64,000 nt of DNA from a virus. Both the position numbers and the translations under genes were made by a program. Numbering within the stretch: the first letter of the stretch is position 1; every line of letters starts with the position of its first letter. Below, piece after piece: positions 21,001-29,800 of the stretch. The stretch lies in IMG/VR virus record IMGVR_UViG_3300045988_175028; one strand, written 5' to 3'. Under the pieces are notes generated by a model that was not told the DNA's origin, ran no database searches, and saw nothing but the letters and a program-made list of their open reading frames with translations.

Positions 21001-22819
21001 CAACCTAACCGAAGAAATAAACGAAGCTCTACGTCGGCGTGAAAAGCTTGAAAAGGAATATGACCGCATACTCGAGCGTCGCGGTTCCACATTCCGAGAA
21101 CTTCGCAAAAATTATAACGCCCAGCTTCAATCTCTTCAAAAAGAAATCGCTCTCCAAAATCAACTGCGTGCTGGTCGTCTTGCACAACTAAATACCCTAT
21201 CTTCTGAGACTTACAAAGGTCAAGATAGCGACGGTAATGAACTTATAAAATCCTTTGCTGATTGGGGTGTTACTAAATATGGTAGCTATAACCCCAACAC
21301 TGGCTTACTCAAAATTGACTGGGATGCCATTGATGATGTAAAAGATGAAAATTTAGGTAGTGCTATTGAAGCTTATATTAGTCGCCTAGAAGAACTTCAA
21401 GGTCAAATTGAAGACATCGACACTCAAATTGAAGATTTCAAAGATAAGGTAACTGAACTTCAAAAGGAAGGTATGCAGGATTATCTCGATTTTGAACAGA
21501 AAGTCTATGACGCAATTGTAAATCAACAACAGCAACTAATTGATGATTACCAAGACCTTTCAGATAAGATAAACGATTCCAATTCTAAAATCTTAGATTC
21601 AATCCAACGCTCAATTGATCTTCAGCGTCAAATTAGAGATAACACCCAGACTGAAGAAGATATAAATGAAAAAGAAGCTCGTTTAGCTTATCTACGCCAA
21701 GATACCTCAAATGGAAATCTTTTAGAAATAAAGCAACTCGAAGAAGAGCTTGCTGATGACCGCCAGAACTATGAAGATAGCCTAATTGACCAGCAGTTAG
21801 AGCGTCTAACTCAACAAAATGACGATGCTCAAACCGCGCGAGAGCGTCAAATTGACCTGATGCAAAAACAGCTCGATTATGCTTCAAAGAATGGGGATTT
21901 CTGGAACCAAACCTATGAGTTATTGGCCTCAGGTTTCAGCGCAGATGGGAATTTAAACCAAGCTTCTCAACTTTGGAATTTATTGCAAAAAGATGAAGGC
22001 TGGAAAGGCATGAGTAAGTTCGGCCAGCTCAACTGGCAAGAAGAGATTTCTAAGGCCATCCTTGCAGCGAGTCAGGGTTATGCTAATTGGAATATGTATA
22101 AGGCTGAAAAGGTAGATAAGAGTTTAACCATGAAGAATGGTTTAACTTTGACCTATGATGGTAAGAATTGGAAGGATTCAAGTGGAAATATTTATAATGG
22201 AGTTGATTATGATTCTACTATCGGAGACTTTACCTATACTGGTAGAACAGATGTAACTCCTCCTAAAAATAATTCTGAAAATTCTAATAATTCAAACAAG
22301 AAAATTTCTGTCGGAAGTCGTGTTCGTGCAAATTCCAATAGTTTAATTTACGCTGACTCCTACGGTGGCGGCGGAGCACATCAATACTATGCTAATGACC
22401 CCATCTATACCGTTCTTGATGAAAATAACGGTTACTATTTAACTCGTTATCATAAACTAGGTTCTGGATATACTGGTTGGTTCCGCAAGAAAGACTTAAC
22501 TGCTTACAAGACTGGTGGTATCGCAGACTTCACAGGCCCGGCCTGGTTAGATGGTACTAAATCAAGTCCCGAACTCATTCTAAATGCACGTGATACGGAA
22601 AACTTTATTGCATTGAAAGACATTCTAAGTTCTGTAATGAATAAGAAAGGTCTTTCCAATAATGCTCAGTCTGTTGGCGATATGTATTTCAATATTGATA
22701 TAAATGTTGATGAACTAAGTAATGACTATGATGTTGAAGACCTAAGCAAGAAAATCAAACAAGAACTAACAGATAGTGCCATGTATCGCAATGTAAATTT
22801 GGTGAATTTCATCAGATAA
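15032..22819 (+). CDS. tail tape measure protein (2595 aa)
   Basis: Very long ORF after the tail-tube genes. Extensive coiled-coil sequence, central hydrophobic segments (IIGAAVTLLTGLLTAINGII, LGMSLTILGGVISSVIPGA, IYVAAFAVIVAAVVAIVSLI) and an alpha-helical Q/E/L-rich C-terminal half, all typical of tape measures. Confidence 0.8.
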   Translation: MADKKINISLGISADLNDFQKKIEKLQSEFDKVKFSDLSSEKISKVFDNIQSRLKKLQELTDKSPSLLGKTDYKQAEKEVGNLQTDISKLVKEIQQLDTASKEGKLKILPKGEQERLEKLNEATKKYLKTLSQESKRLEDLEKKQNKLKQTQLALAQLEQTKKSAKSKRQVADSYLKGLNTRLAKQQETLAEQKQTEEAVQSIYKAQGLKGKKIGDTEVNINGTVTSLNQIRKEAGETATEIATLEQKIQQYVSKSDLNQLNQDIQTQRDLIVKLEEEIGKLQTDNPTIALKKLKTALQQAGVSMEDIGDLTKKEDIEAWLSNLNTSALEKFRSGLQGVEKATGEVQPELEKMGQSVRDSADDFDAAERAAQDLSTLKYQLMDFFSVTGAIQLFRRAIQSAFETVKELDAAMTEIAVVSDFSVNDMWAQLPRFTEQANELGMAIKDTYAATTLYVQQGLDLDKSIKLATETLKMAAVAGMDAANATDAMTAALRGFNMELDETSAQRVNDVYSELAAITASDTQEISTAMTKTASIAHSVNMEFETTAAFLAQGIETTREAAETIGTMLKTVIGRFSEVKSLYTEGQLTGQDEEGETIDVNKVQTALRAAGISMNEFLAGNEGLDQVFLRLSKRWNDLDILTQRYIATQAAGSRQQSRFIAIMQDYAKTTELVNAAYNSTGSGQKQFEKTLDSLASKLTKLKNAWDQFTMGLANNEIIGAAVTLLTGLLTAINGIIDGISGGNGLIKSVVTLGAAFAGLKAGGAIIDKILRTGFIQRKIDAFNGNISNSSTSTTTANSIVQTRSFIQNGKTSAKNWIQGWKSAGGVGGKKDFLVSSFSNSLNKVGQSFSVFSSGMEENLQNQVYSGLGDISKGIDKKLLGKDFSELNSLSAQLKLGKISAEDFQNQLVTWGVKEQEAAKITKDYTNQIALQQEKMQSLSQTGTALGMSLTILGGVISSVIPGAEEFGKVLQTVGAALMGISMALPAVEKGITWLSGVLNVAPKTLNIYVAAFAVIVAAVVAIVSLIKKNSPEAQLEKASKATEKAKEMAEGAAQAYDELLSKKSEFDKLTTSLETLTQGTLEWRKALAEANNEVINLQKEFPELKVSVDKATGQLKIDNWGDVLKAQTKRIEATNKQLAMAQVNENNKQLETTKKGIRSDKELTSEEKAKKEEAEKLKTESLNVALISSLISKYQTEANKGILQNLAETILKDMTYEVEVQDTKGSGGNTTPVNTTHKETRTSNVYESKVNTDANKAVNSLSASQRKTKAEEVFGKDAVANMKDEEIKDALRDYEKGVAIENITKKVANLTPDQQELLNRIQGTYTGTKSGWDTAQQKTFSDEDAKVIQDILGLDNTQAVLDMAKSGTDAISANIKSVETQFERFGEEYSGSFLDQFSANNLSNIASQVDEMSTKNARAYLNAYSEALDGVKEKDRARLDNYLSSIDLSDAIQVLDAKDFMKNLGMDEAQIEKFWATANSAVKPYITSLEQIQSLNERISKLGEVRSLVENGEKTFSSSNKESLVSAGFADTDFLQTGIDEWTYIGKDNNDLLRQINEKVAQIGGHIVENLQNSVKKGEEYKKKIDADEDGSTAEDLKLLAENGYSGTNYDRKKLEELATTLNIATEGLSEEGIANKLIDAYNMVVNLADNKDAVKKELVNNASRQYDLTGDFGTYTGNLTLEEQRDIMGAQLVKNTGAMELYNKLKAETNDTSKELNVELADEAIQLVKLTDRYKVATKKIEDYRDVLIQGESAGTDFFAALDSAKSDLSTLFNVDKELITENFIQQYAQDIYDLAEGGEVGTQAFQNLWEAIKQIKLDSMVEGLDFFIEDSEDIIDDFSNWVEGLDPTIGIGTELSTEGLESGLILLAQQAYNAGKDVQTALAPAIARLEELTGTKIKIQYEEEEFDSGGRYISAKSMEGLLAQGWHVGKGGKLVRTKAIAAVSASKARSSYDEFVAPSGSSSGKSSTGGSSSEKKESTWENPYDKLYNLTEEINEALRRREKLEKEYDRILERRGSTFRELRKNYNAQLQSLQKEIALQNQLRAGRLAQLNTLSSETYKGQDSDGNELIKSFADWGVTKYGSYNPNTGLLKIDWDAIDDVKDENLGSAIEAYISRLEELQGQIEDIDTQIEDFKDKVTELQKEGMQDYLDFEQKVYDAIVNQQQQLIDDYQDLSDKINDSNSKILDSIQRSIDLQRQIRDNTQTEEDINEKEARLAYLRQDTSNGNLLEIKQLEEELADDRQNYEDSLIDQQLERLTQQNDDAQTARERQIDLMQKQLDYASKNGDFWNQTYELLASGFSADGNLNQASQLWNLLQKDEGWKGMSKFGQLNWQEEISKAILAASQGYANWNMYKAEKVDKSLTMKNGLTLTYDGKNWKDSSGNIYNGVDYDSTIGDFTYTGRTDVTPPKNNSENSNNSNKKISVGSRVRANSNSLIYADSYGGGGAHQYYANDPIYTVLDENNGYYLTRYHKLGSGYTGWFRKKDLTAYKTGGIADFTGPAWLDGTKSSPELILNARDTENFIALKDILSSVMNKKGLSNNAQSVGDMYFNIDINVDELSNDYDVEDLSKKIKQELTDSAMYRNVNLVNFIR

Positions 22820-22825
22820 TTATAA

Positions 22826-22889
22826 AGCCATAATGGTTTCTTCACTTATCCTTAGAGAAATTTGAGGAAAGGAGGAAACCATTATGGCT
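22826..22889 (+). promoter_or_regulatory. perfect 15-bp inverted repeat forming a hairpin that sequesters the start codon of the next gene
   Basis: AGCCATAATGGTTTC (22826-22840) and GAAACCATTATGGCT (22875-22889), with a 34-nt loop. The right arm contains the ATG at 22884 and abuts the SD AAGGAGGA. The left arm begins 6 nt after the tape-measure stop codon. Confidence 0.55.
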
Positions 22890-23843
22890 ATTGCGTTAAA
22901 AGGAGATTTTATTGGTTTTTCTTTTAATGGACACCGTTCCGAAAGTTTGGGAATTGTGCGGGTGAGTGATGGTAGTAGGTATAATGAAGATTTAGTTCCT
23001 ACTGCTCAAGACAAGACCGTACAGGTTCCCGGAGGGGACGGTTTTTACTATTTTGGGAGTGATTATACCCAAAGACAGTTTAGTATAAATATTGCTTTTG
23101 ATGAATTGACTGAGAAACAGTTTCGAGAATTACAGCAAGTTTTTGGGACAAAAGAACTCGGAAAATTAGTTTTTGATGAAAGACCCTACAAGTATTATAT
23201 GGTAAAATCTGGTAAACCGCAGTTGAAGTATATTTGCTTTGGGGAAGATGGAGAGCGCATCTATAAAGGCGAAGGAACACTAACTTTTACAGCCTATTAT
23301 CCCTTTGCCAAGAGCGCTTTCAAATTTTTGGAGAAAGAGATAGAAGAAGAAACTGGAAAAGAGGTTTATGTTTTACGAAAGACCTATCCCAATATTGAGG
23401 AATGGGCTGAAACATCTGGAATGGGGATGCGTGGGAACTTAGATGCAGTTCCTTCTAAGCCGACGGCAGAGGGCGTTTACTTTATTTCTGTATATAATGC
23501 TGGAGACTTAGAAGCTGATTTTATTCTAAAATTTGGCCTTCCTGCTGGTAATGCTTCTATTGGTGATATAAAAATAACATTAAGTAAAGAAAATGTTGGA
23601 AAAGTAGAAGCTTTTTTAGATCTAAAAGGTTTTAGTAAGAAAGGTACTGATACAGGGTTTCAGATAAATACTAAAACAAATCTAATAGAAGGATTTAATG
23701 CAGAAGGTTTTACTGGAACTCTCTATAATGAGAATATTACTCAAGGAGATTTCTTCAAGATTCCTCTTCAAGAAGAAGGTTATCAGATTGGCGTAACCGG
23801 CGCGACCCCTATAGAAATTGTATATGATTATATTTACTACTAA
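22884..23843 (+). CDS. distal tail protein (Dit) candidate
   Basis: 319 aa directly after the tape measure. The N-terminus FIGFSFNGHRSESLGIVRVS resembles the siphophage tail (Dit) family. Confidence 0.55.
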   Translation: MAIALKGDFIGFSFNGHRSESLGIVRVSDGSRYNEDLVPTAQDKTVQVPGGDGFYYFGSDYTQRQFSINIAFDELTEKQFRELQQVFGTKELGKLVFDERPYKYYMVKSGKPQLKYICFGEDGERIYKGEGTLTFTAYYPFAKSAFKFLEKEIEEETGKEVYVLRKTYPNIEEWAETSGMGMRGNLDAVPSKPTAEGVYFISVYNAGDLEADFILKFGLPAGNASIGDIKITLSKENVGKVEAFLDLKGFSKKGTDTGFQINTKTNLIEGFNAEGFTGTLYNENITQGDFFKIPLQEEGYQIGVTGATPIEIVYDYIYY

Positions 23844-23854
23844 GGAGGCTTATT

Positions 23855-26800
23855 ATGAAGAAAAATAAGTATGAGATAAGCCTATGGGAAGATAGATTAG
23901 TCCCTCAAACTGGAGAAGGGGAAAATATAATTCCCGAACACTATGAAGAAGAAAAAGTTTGTATAATTGGTTCAGATACCATGACATCACAGGCCCGAGC
24001 CCTTGAACCAAAACTAGTGAGAAATGTCAATGGTACGAATAAACTAACTTTCAAATTATACTATACATATACTGATAATGAAACTGGAAAAAGAGTTCAA
24101 AATCCTTTTACTTCTCTTTTGGTAAATGAAAGAAAGGTAAAATGTAAATGGGAAGACCAATGGTATGATTTCGTTATCAAAGGTATCCAAGAAGATAGTA
24201 ATGGGAGGACAATTACTTATACTTGCGAAGACCTTTATATCAATGAACTAAGTAAAACTGGTTTCAACTTAGAATTTGACCAGAAACTCAATAACAACCA
24301 AGGAACTGCGCAGGAGTTGGCTAAGAAAGTTCTTGATGGGACTGATTGGATTGTTGATACTAGCAATAGTGACCATATCTTACAGACGATTGAGGAGCCT
24401 CTTTATAAAGCTTTCTTGAAAAAGAGTATAACAGTCAAAAATGAAAAGGATGAAGATGTTACTATTACACTAGAAAAAGACCCTCAGACTGGAACACTTA
24501 TCTATGTTCCTATTTATCTCTTTTACTCTGTTGTTCAAGAAAAAAAGAGCTACATTCAATTTATTTACAATACTTCCTATGAAACAGAAAGCAATAGTCA
24601 ACTTCTAAAAGAAAATAATTGTTATTCTGTAGATATGAAAGCAGAAGGTTGGAAGGGGTTTGTTGGTACTTATCTCAATGGAGATCCCGTCTTCTCTGAT
24701 GATTATAGAGGAAAGCGCTTAGTTCGCAAGCAACTCCAAGAATTTAATAGCGCACTAAATAGAAATTGCTATGTCTATAAAGACCCGAACAACAATGATA
24801 ATAAAGTTTTGGGTTACTCAACTGTCGAGTACAAAGATCCTACTGTTGTTTTAAATCTAATTTCCAACTCTAAAGAATTTACCGATACACAGGGTTGGCA
24901 GGGCGCACTTAGTTGGGAACTTTATCCTTTATTCTTTGGAGAGGAAAAACTAAATTATTCTTATACTTCAACAACTTATTTACGAAATACGGCTAAAGAC
25001 CCGATTTTGGTATTCAATAGTGGTCTTCAAGATAGTGCAGGTTATTTAGAAGATGGCCTCCAACCAGGACAAAGATATATTCTTAGAATTAGGGGCTATA
25101 ATGGTGAGCCTAAAGCTGATGAAAATGGGAACCTTCCTATTTTCAATAAGAATAGTGAAATTAGTTTTCATATTTACGACTATTTTACTGCTTTATCTTC
25201 TGAAAATTCAATCCCAGTTCATAATACGGAAGATTACTGTAAAAAAATTGGAGAATCACAACTAGAGGACTATTATTTTATTACTTCTGATGTTGAAAAA
25301 AACACAAAGAAAGAATATTATATTAGAAATACAGAGACCAAAAAGTATGACCTCAAAGCGTTTCCAGAGGGAGCAGTTTTTCCCGGAAATGAGCCTTTAT
25401 ATGAAAAGGGTCAAATTCTTCAAATTGAATTCAAAGTAATTCGAGCACGACCTAAAAAAGAGATTACCGCTGGTTATTTTGGAACGTATACTTATACAGA
25501 TAGTGCTGGAAATTTTCAGACTGAAACTTCTATTGCTCGTCCTGGTATTTTTATTTCTTTGCCTGCAAATTCATGGATACAAGAAGTTCAATTTTATCAA
25601 CGAGTAGAAGGATATAATGGTTCGATAATTCATCTTGGAGATTTTGATACTCAGTCTATAGGAATCACTTACTATAAATATTTTCTTCCAAACGATAGCT
25701 ACAAAAAAGAAGAAGATATTGCCTATCTCTATTGCGGAACTACTCAAAAAACAGACCTGACAGAGGTTTATGAAGATAAAAGTGGAGATATTACCCATGT
25801 TCTTTACGAAAAAATTAGAAGTATTACTACAAAAAATTCAAACCGTTTTAATATACTTCAAAATATTGCCGAAACTTTCCAATGCTGGGTAAGATTTAAA
25901 ATTGAACACAATGAAGATACTGGAAAGATTATCTATGAAAAAGGAATTCCTAAAAAGACAGTTTATTTCAAAGAGGAAGTTGGCGAAGACCTTGGATATG
26001 GTTTTGTTTATGGAATTGACTTAAAAACAATTTCTCGTTCAATAGACAGCAATCAACTTACAACAAAAGTAGTAGTTGCGCCGAATACGAGCGAGCATGC
26101 CGAGAATGGTATTTGTCGAATTGCTGATGCCGATTTGAATGAGAATGGGGAAAACTATATTCTAGATTTTGGATATTATATCTCTCAGGGGCTCTTGAAT
26201 TCAGGAGAATTAAATAAATATCTGTATCTTCCTAGTGGTGACAAATCTGGTTTTTATGTTGAATTAAAAAATAAAAATAAAGAATATAATAGTATTGTAG
26301 AAAAACTTACTCCTAAGAAGACTGAACTTTCAAAACAGAGTTCTCTTCAAACTATTTATGACCAGTATGTATCAAATTCTGTAACTGAAATTACCACTCT
26401 TCAAAATAATTTATGCAAATTAGTTGGTTTTGATATTTTTGATGATGAAGCAATCCTTGAATATCTTAAAACTCATTCAGATAATGAAGAAGTAAAAAAT
26501 ATCTATTCTAATTTGATAACTCAGCAACATAAACGAGAAAGTTTTCAAGCTAGTTTAAAATTGATAGAATCTAGTGTAAATGAACTTACCAAAGTAGTAA
26601 ATAGTTATGAAAAGGATTTAAAGGCAAAAGTGAATGAGAAGAAGGTCCTCGAGAGCGCTTTCTACCAAAAATTCTCTCGTTTCATTCAAGAAGGCTCTTG
26701 GACTTCTCAAGATTATATCGACCCAAATCTTTATTATTTAGATGCTCGTAGTGTCGCATATACTAGTTCTCGTCCAAAAATTTCTTATAATATTTCTGTA

Positions 26801-29800
26801 ATTCGACTAAATGCTCTTGATGAATATAAGGGCAAAAAATTCAATGTTGGAGATATTTCCTTTATTGAAGATAAAGAATTCTTTGGATATATAAAAGGAG
26901 AAGATGCTTGGAAAACTCCTTATCATGAAAAGGTTTTGATAAGTGAATCTACCTCTTGGTTTGATAGTCCTGAAAAGGATACCTTTACAATTCAGAATTA
27001 TAAAACTCAATTCGAAGATTTGTTCCAGCGCATAACTGCTACGACTCAATCCCTCCAATATTCTACTGGTGAGTATAATCGTGCTTCAAGTATCGTTGAA
27101 GGAAAGGGAGTTATCAATACTGAAACTCTTCAAAATAGTATCAATATAAATAATGAACTAGTCTTCAAATCTCAAAATGAAGAAATCTTCCAGGATTCTA
27201 CTGGTCTAACTTTGACTGATAAACGTGACCCCTCAAAACGAACTAAACTTACTTCTGGTGGGCTTTTTATATCTACCGATGGTGGAGTTACTTGGAAGAA
27301 TGCTGTTCGCGGCGAAGGCGTAGCAACTCAATATCTAACTTCGGGTTCTATCAATACCAACAATATCGCAATCTATGACGGCGCGCACGCCTCATTCAGA
27401 TGGGACAAATATGGTATCAATGCCTACGATGCTACTCGAGGGATAGATGAAGTGACTAATCAAGAAGTTCTCAAAGGTATTGTCACTAATAATTTTGTTC
27501 GTTTTGACCAATATGGTGTATATGGAATAAAAGGAGCGACAGATGGCCCCTATAATCCTCAGAAGGAAACTACTGTTGAGGGCAAAAAGATAGTTGGTGA
27601 AGACAAAATTTGGCACGACGCTCTTTTTGGAATGACATGGAAGGGATTTTTTCTAAAGAATAAAAGTGCTGACAAAAATCAGCAAATTGAAATTTCAACT
27701 GAAAAAGATATTTGCGTCAGCAAGATTATAGATAAAAAAGTAATTGATAAAATTAGAATCGGTCAAATAACCACTAAAGATAATAAAGTAGCTTACGGCC
27801 TCCAGCTAAAAGATGATACTGGTACAATTACTATGGAAACTGATGATAGTGGGCGACTTTGGCTGAGGGACAAACTACGGATTTCTAATGTTAAATATGA
27901 AAAAACTAAAGATTTATCTTTCGTTGAGGGTAAAACTTATTATAAAAAAGAAAGTGATGGGACTTATTCAATTGTTAAACCTTCTGAAATTTCGATTGAA
28001 GATTGTTATGAACTAAAGAATTCAGGAGTTTCTATTGGCGTTCTTGAAACTGGGGAAGAGAAAAATCAAATCTTCAATTCTAACAATAATTTTATTGTCT
28101 ATGATGATGGATCAGTGAAGGCTACTAAAGGAAGTTTTAGTGGAGGTACTATTGGCGGTTTTACTATTGAGGATAATAGACTCTTTAGCAATGATGTAGT
28201 TCTCTCTTCTCGTGGAATCGAAATTAAGAATAACGGTACTCTTTCAATTTTAGATGGAAACACTGAGGTATTTTCGGCTAATAAAATTTTTTATAAAAAA
28301 ACAACTGATATCACTCCTCAGGAAGAAAAGACTTATTATATTTATAACAAAGATACTGGCGTCTACACTCTTTGGGAAAAAGGAGAATCAACAGAATTCC
28401 CAAGTGATATAGAGATTTATGACGCTGTTCGTAAAACAATTTTTTCAGGTACTTTAGAAGGTGCGAATGGGTCATTTTCTGGTGAATTGAAGGGTGCAAC
28501 CGGAATTTTCTCTGGTGAGTTACAAAGCGCGACCGGTGTTTTTACAGGAGACATTACTGCTCAAAGCGGCACCATTGGTGGTTTTACTATCAATACTAAC
28601 AATCTGACTTCTGTAAACGAGTCAGTTGTTTTAGATGGAACTAATGGAAAGATTACTGCTGAAGATATTGAATTAGGTAATGGTGCGCAGGTAAGAGACA
28701 AAATTTCATTCAAAGGAACAGATGGAACGGTTGCCTATCTTCAAAATCCGGCTTTATATGAGGGAGTAGTTCTCAGTGCCAAAGACATAAAATTAAGAAC
28801 TAGTGGAGTTCTTGAATTTGGAGATATAAAAATCTTTGGAGATCAAACCAATCCAACAATCAAATCTTCTTTATGGACAATTGATAAAGACAAAGCTGTT
28901 TTCAATAATGTAACCGCGCAAGGCGGTACTATCGAGAATGTAGTATTCAAAAATTCTACCATTCAGGGCGCGGGCGGAATTATGTTCTTCAAGCCTTCTT
29001 ATTCTGGTACTAGTGTATCCAGTATAGATACAAAAACAGTTTTTATTGTTGAAGAAACTGGGCTTAAAGTCGGAGACCATGTTATAGTCAATGGTCAAGA
29101 AGGAAATGTTACTGCTGTTGAACAAGAAACCAACATAACTATTAGTGGAGTCAAATTTAAAGGAAATAAAACCGTCACTATAATAAAACTATATAATAAT
29201 AGCTTGGTAGATGGAACAATCAACCTGACTGACAATTTACTAATTGGAGTAAATTCTCTTAGAGCCGAACAATCACAGGATGGAACAGTTGGAAAGAACG
29301 AAGATTGTCATCTTTTTAGAGGTGGTATAACTGTCACTCTTCCAACCATTGTTGCTAAAACTATTGATACTGGTGAGACTCAAACTGTTGTAGAATATCC
29401 TAACAAGCCAAATCTTTTTATCGGAGACCTATATCCAATAACTGGAAAACCTGGTTATGGTCTTTATGGTGATAATGTTTATCTAAATGGCACTCTAACC
29501 ACAAAAGTCAAAAGCGATAAATCTCCAACTTATGCTGGAGTAAATACAATTGATGGATATAATGTCAATGAGAATCTTTTCAAAGATAAAGACGCTTCTC
29601 AAAAAATTGTATTTTGGGCAGGGTCTATAGGCGAAGATAAACCGAGCGTTCAACAGGCTCCTTTCCAAGTTACAGATAAAGGTAACTTATATGCTAAAGC
29701 TGGTACTTTTACTGATAGCGTCTTTTCAAATAGTAAAATAGAAGGTAGTAAAATTTACGGTGCTGATATATATACGGCCAACATTCATGGTTGGACTGGT

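Noticed and set aside
20937-21887. Antisense ORFs 20937-21185 and 21633-21887 inside the tape-measure gene
   Set aside because: They lie in the locally GC-richer, C3-rich patches of the sense gene, where antisense stop codons are depleted. They have no RBS and no protein-like motifs.
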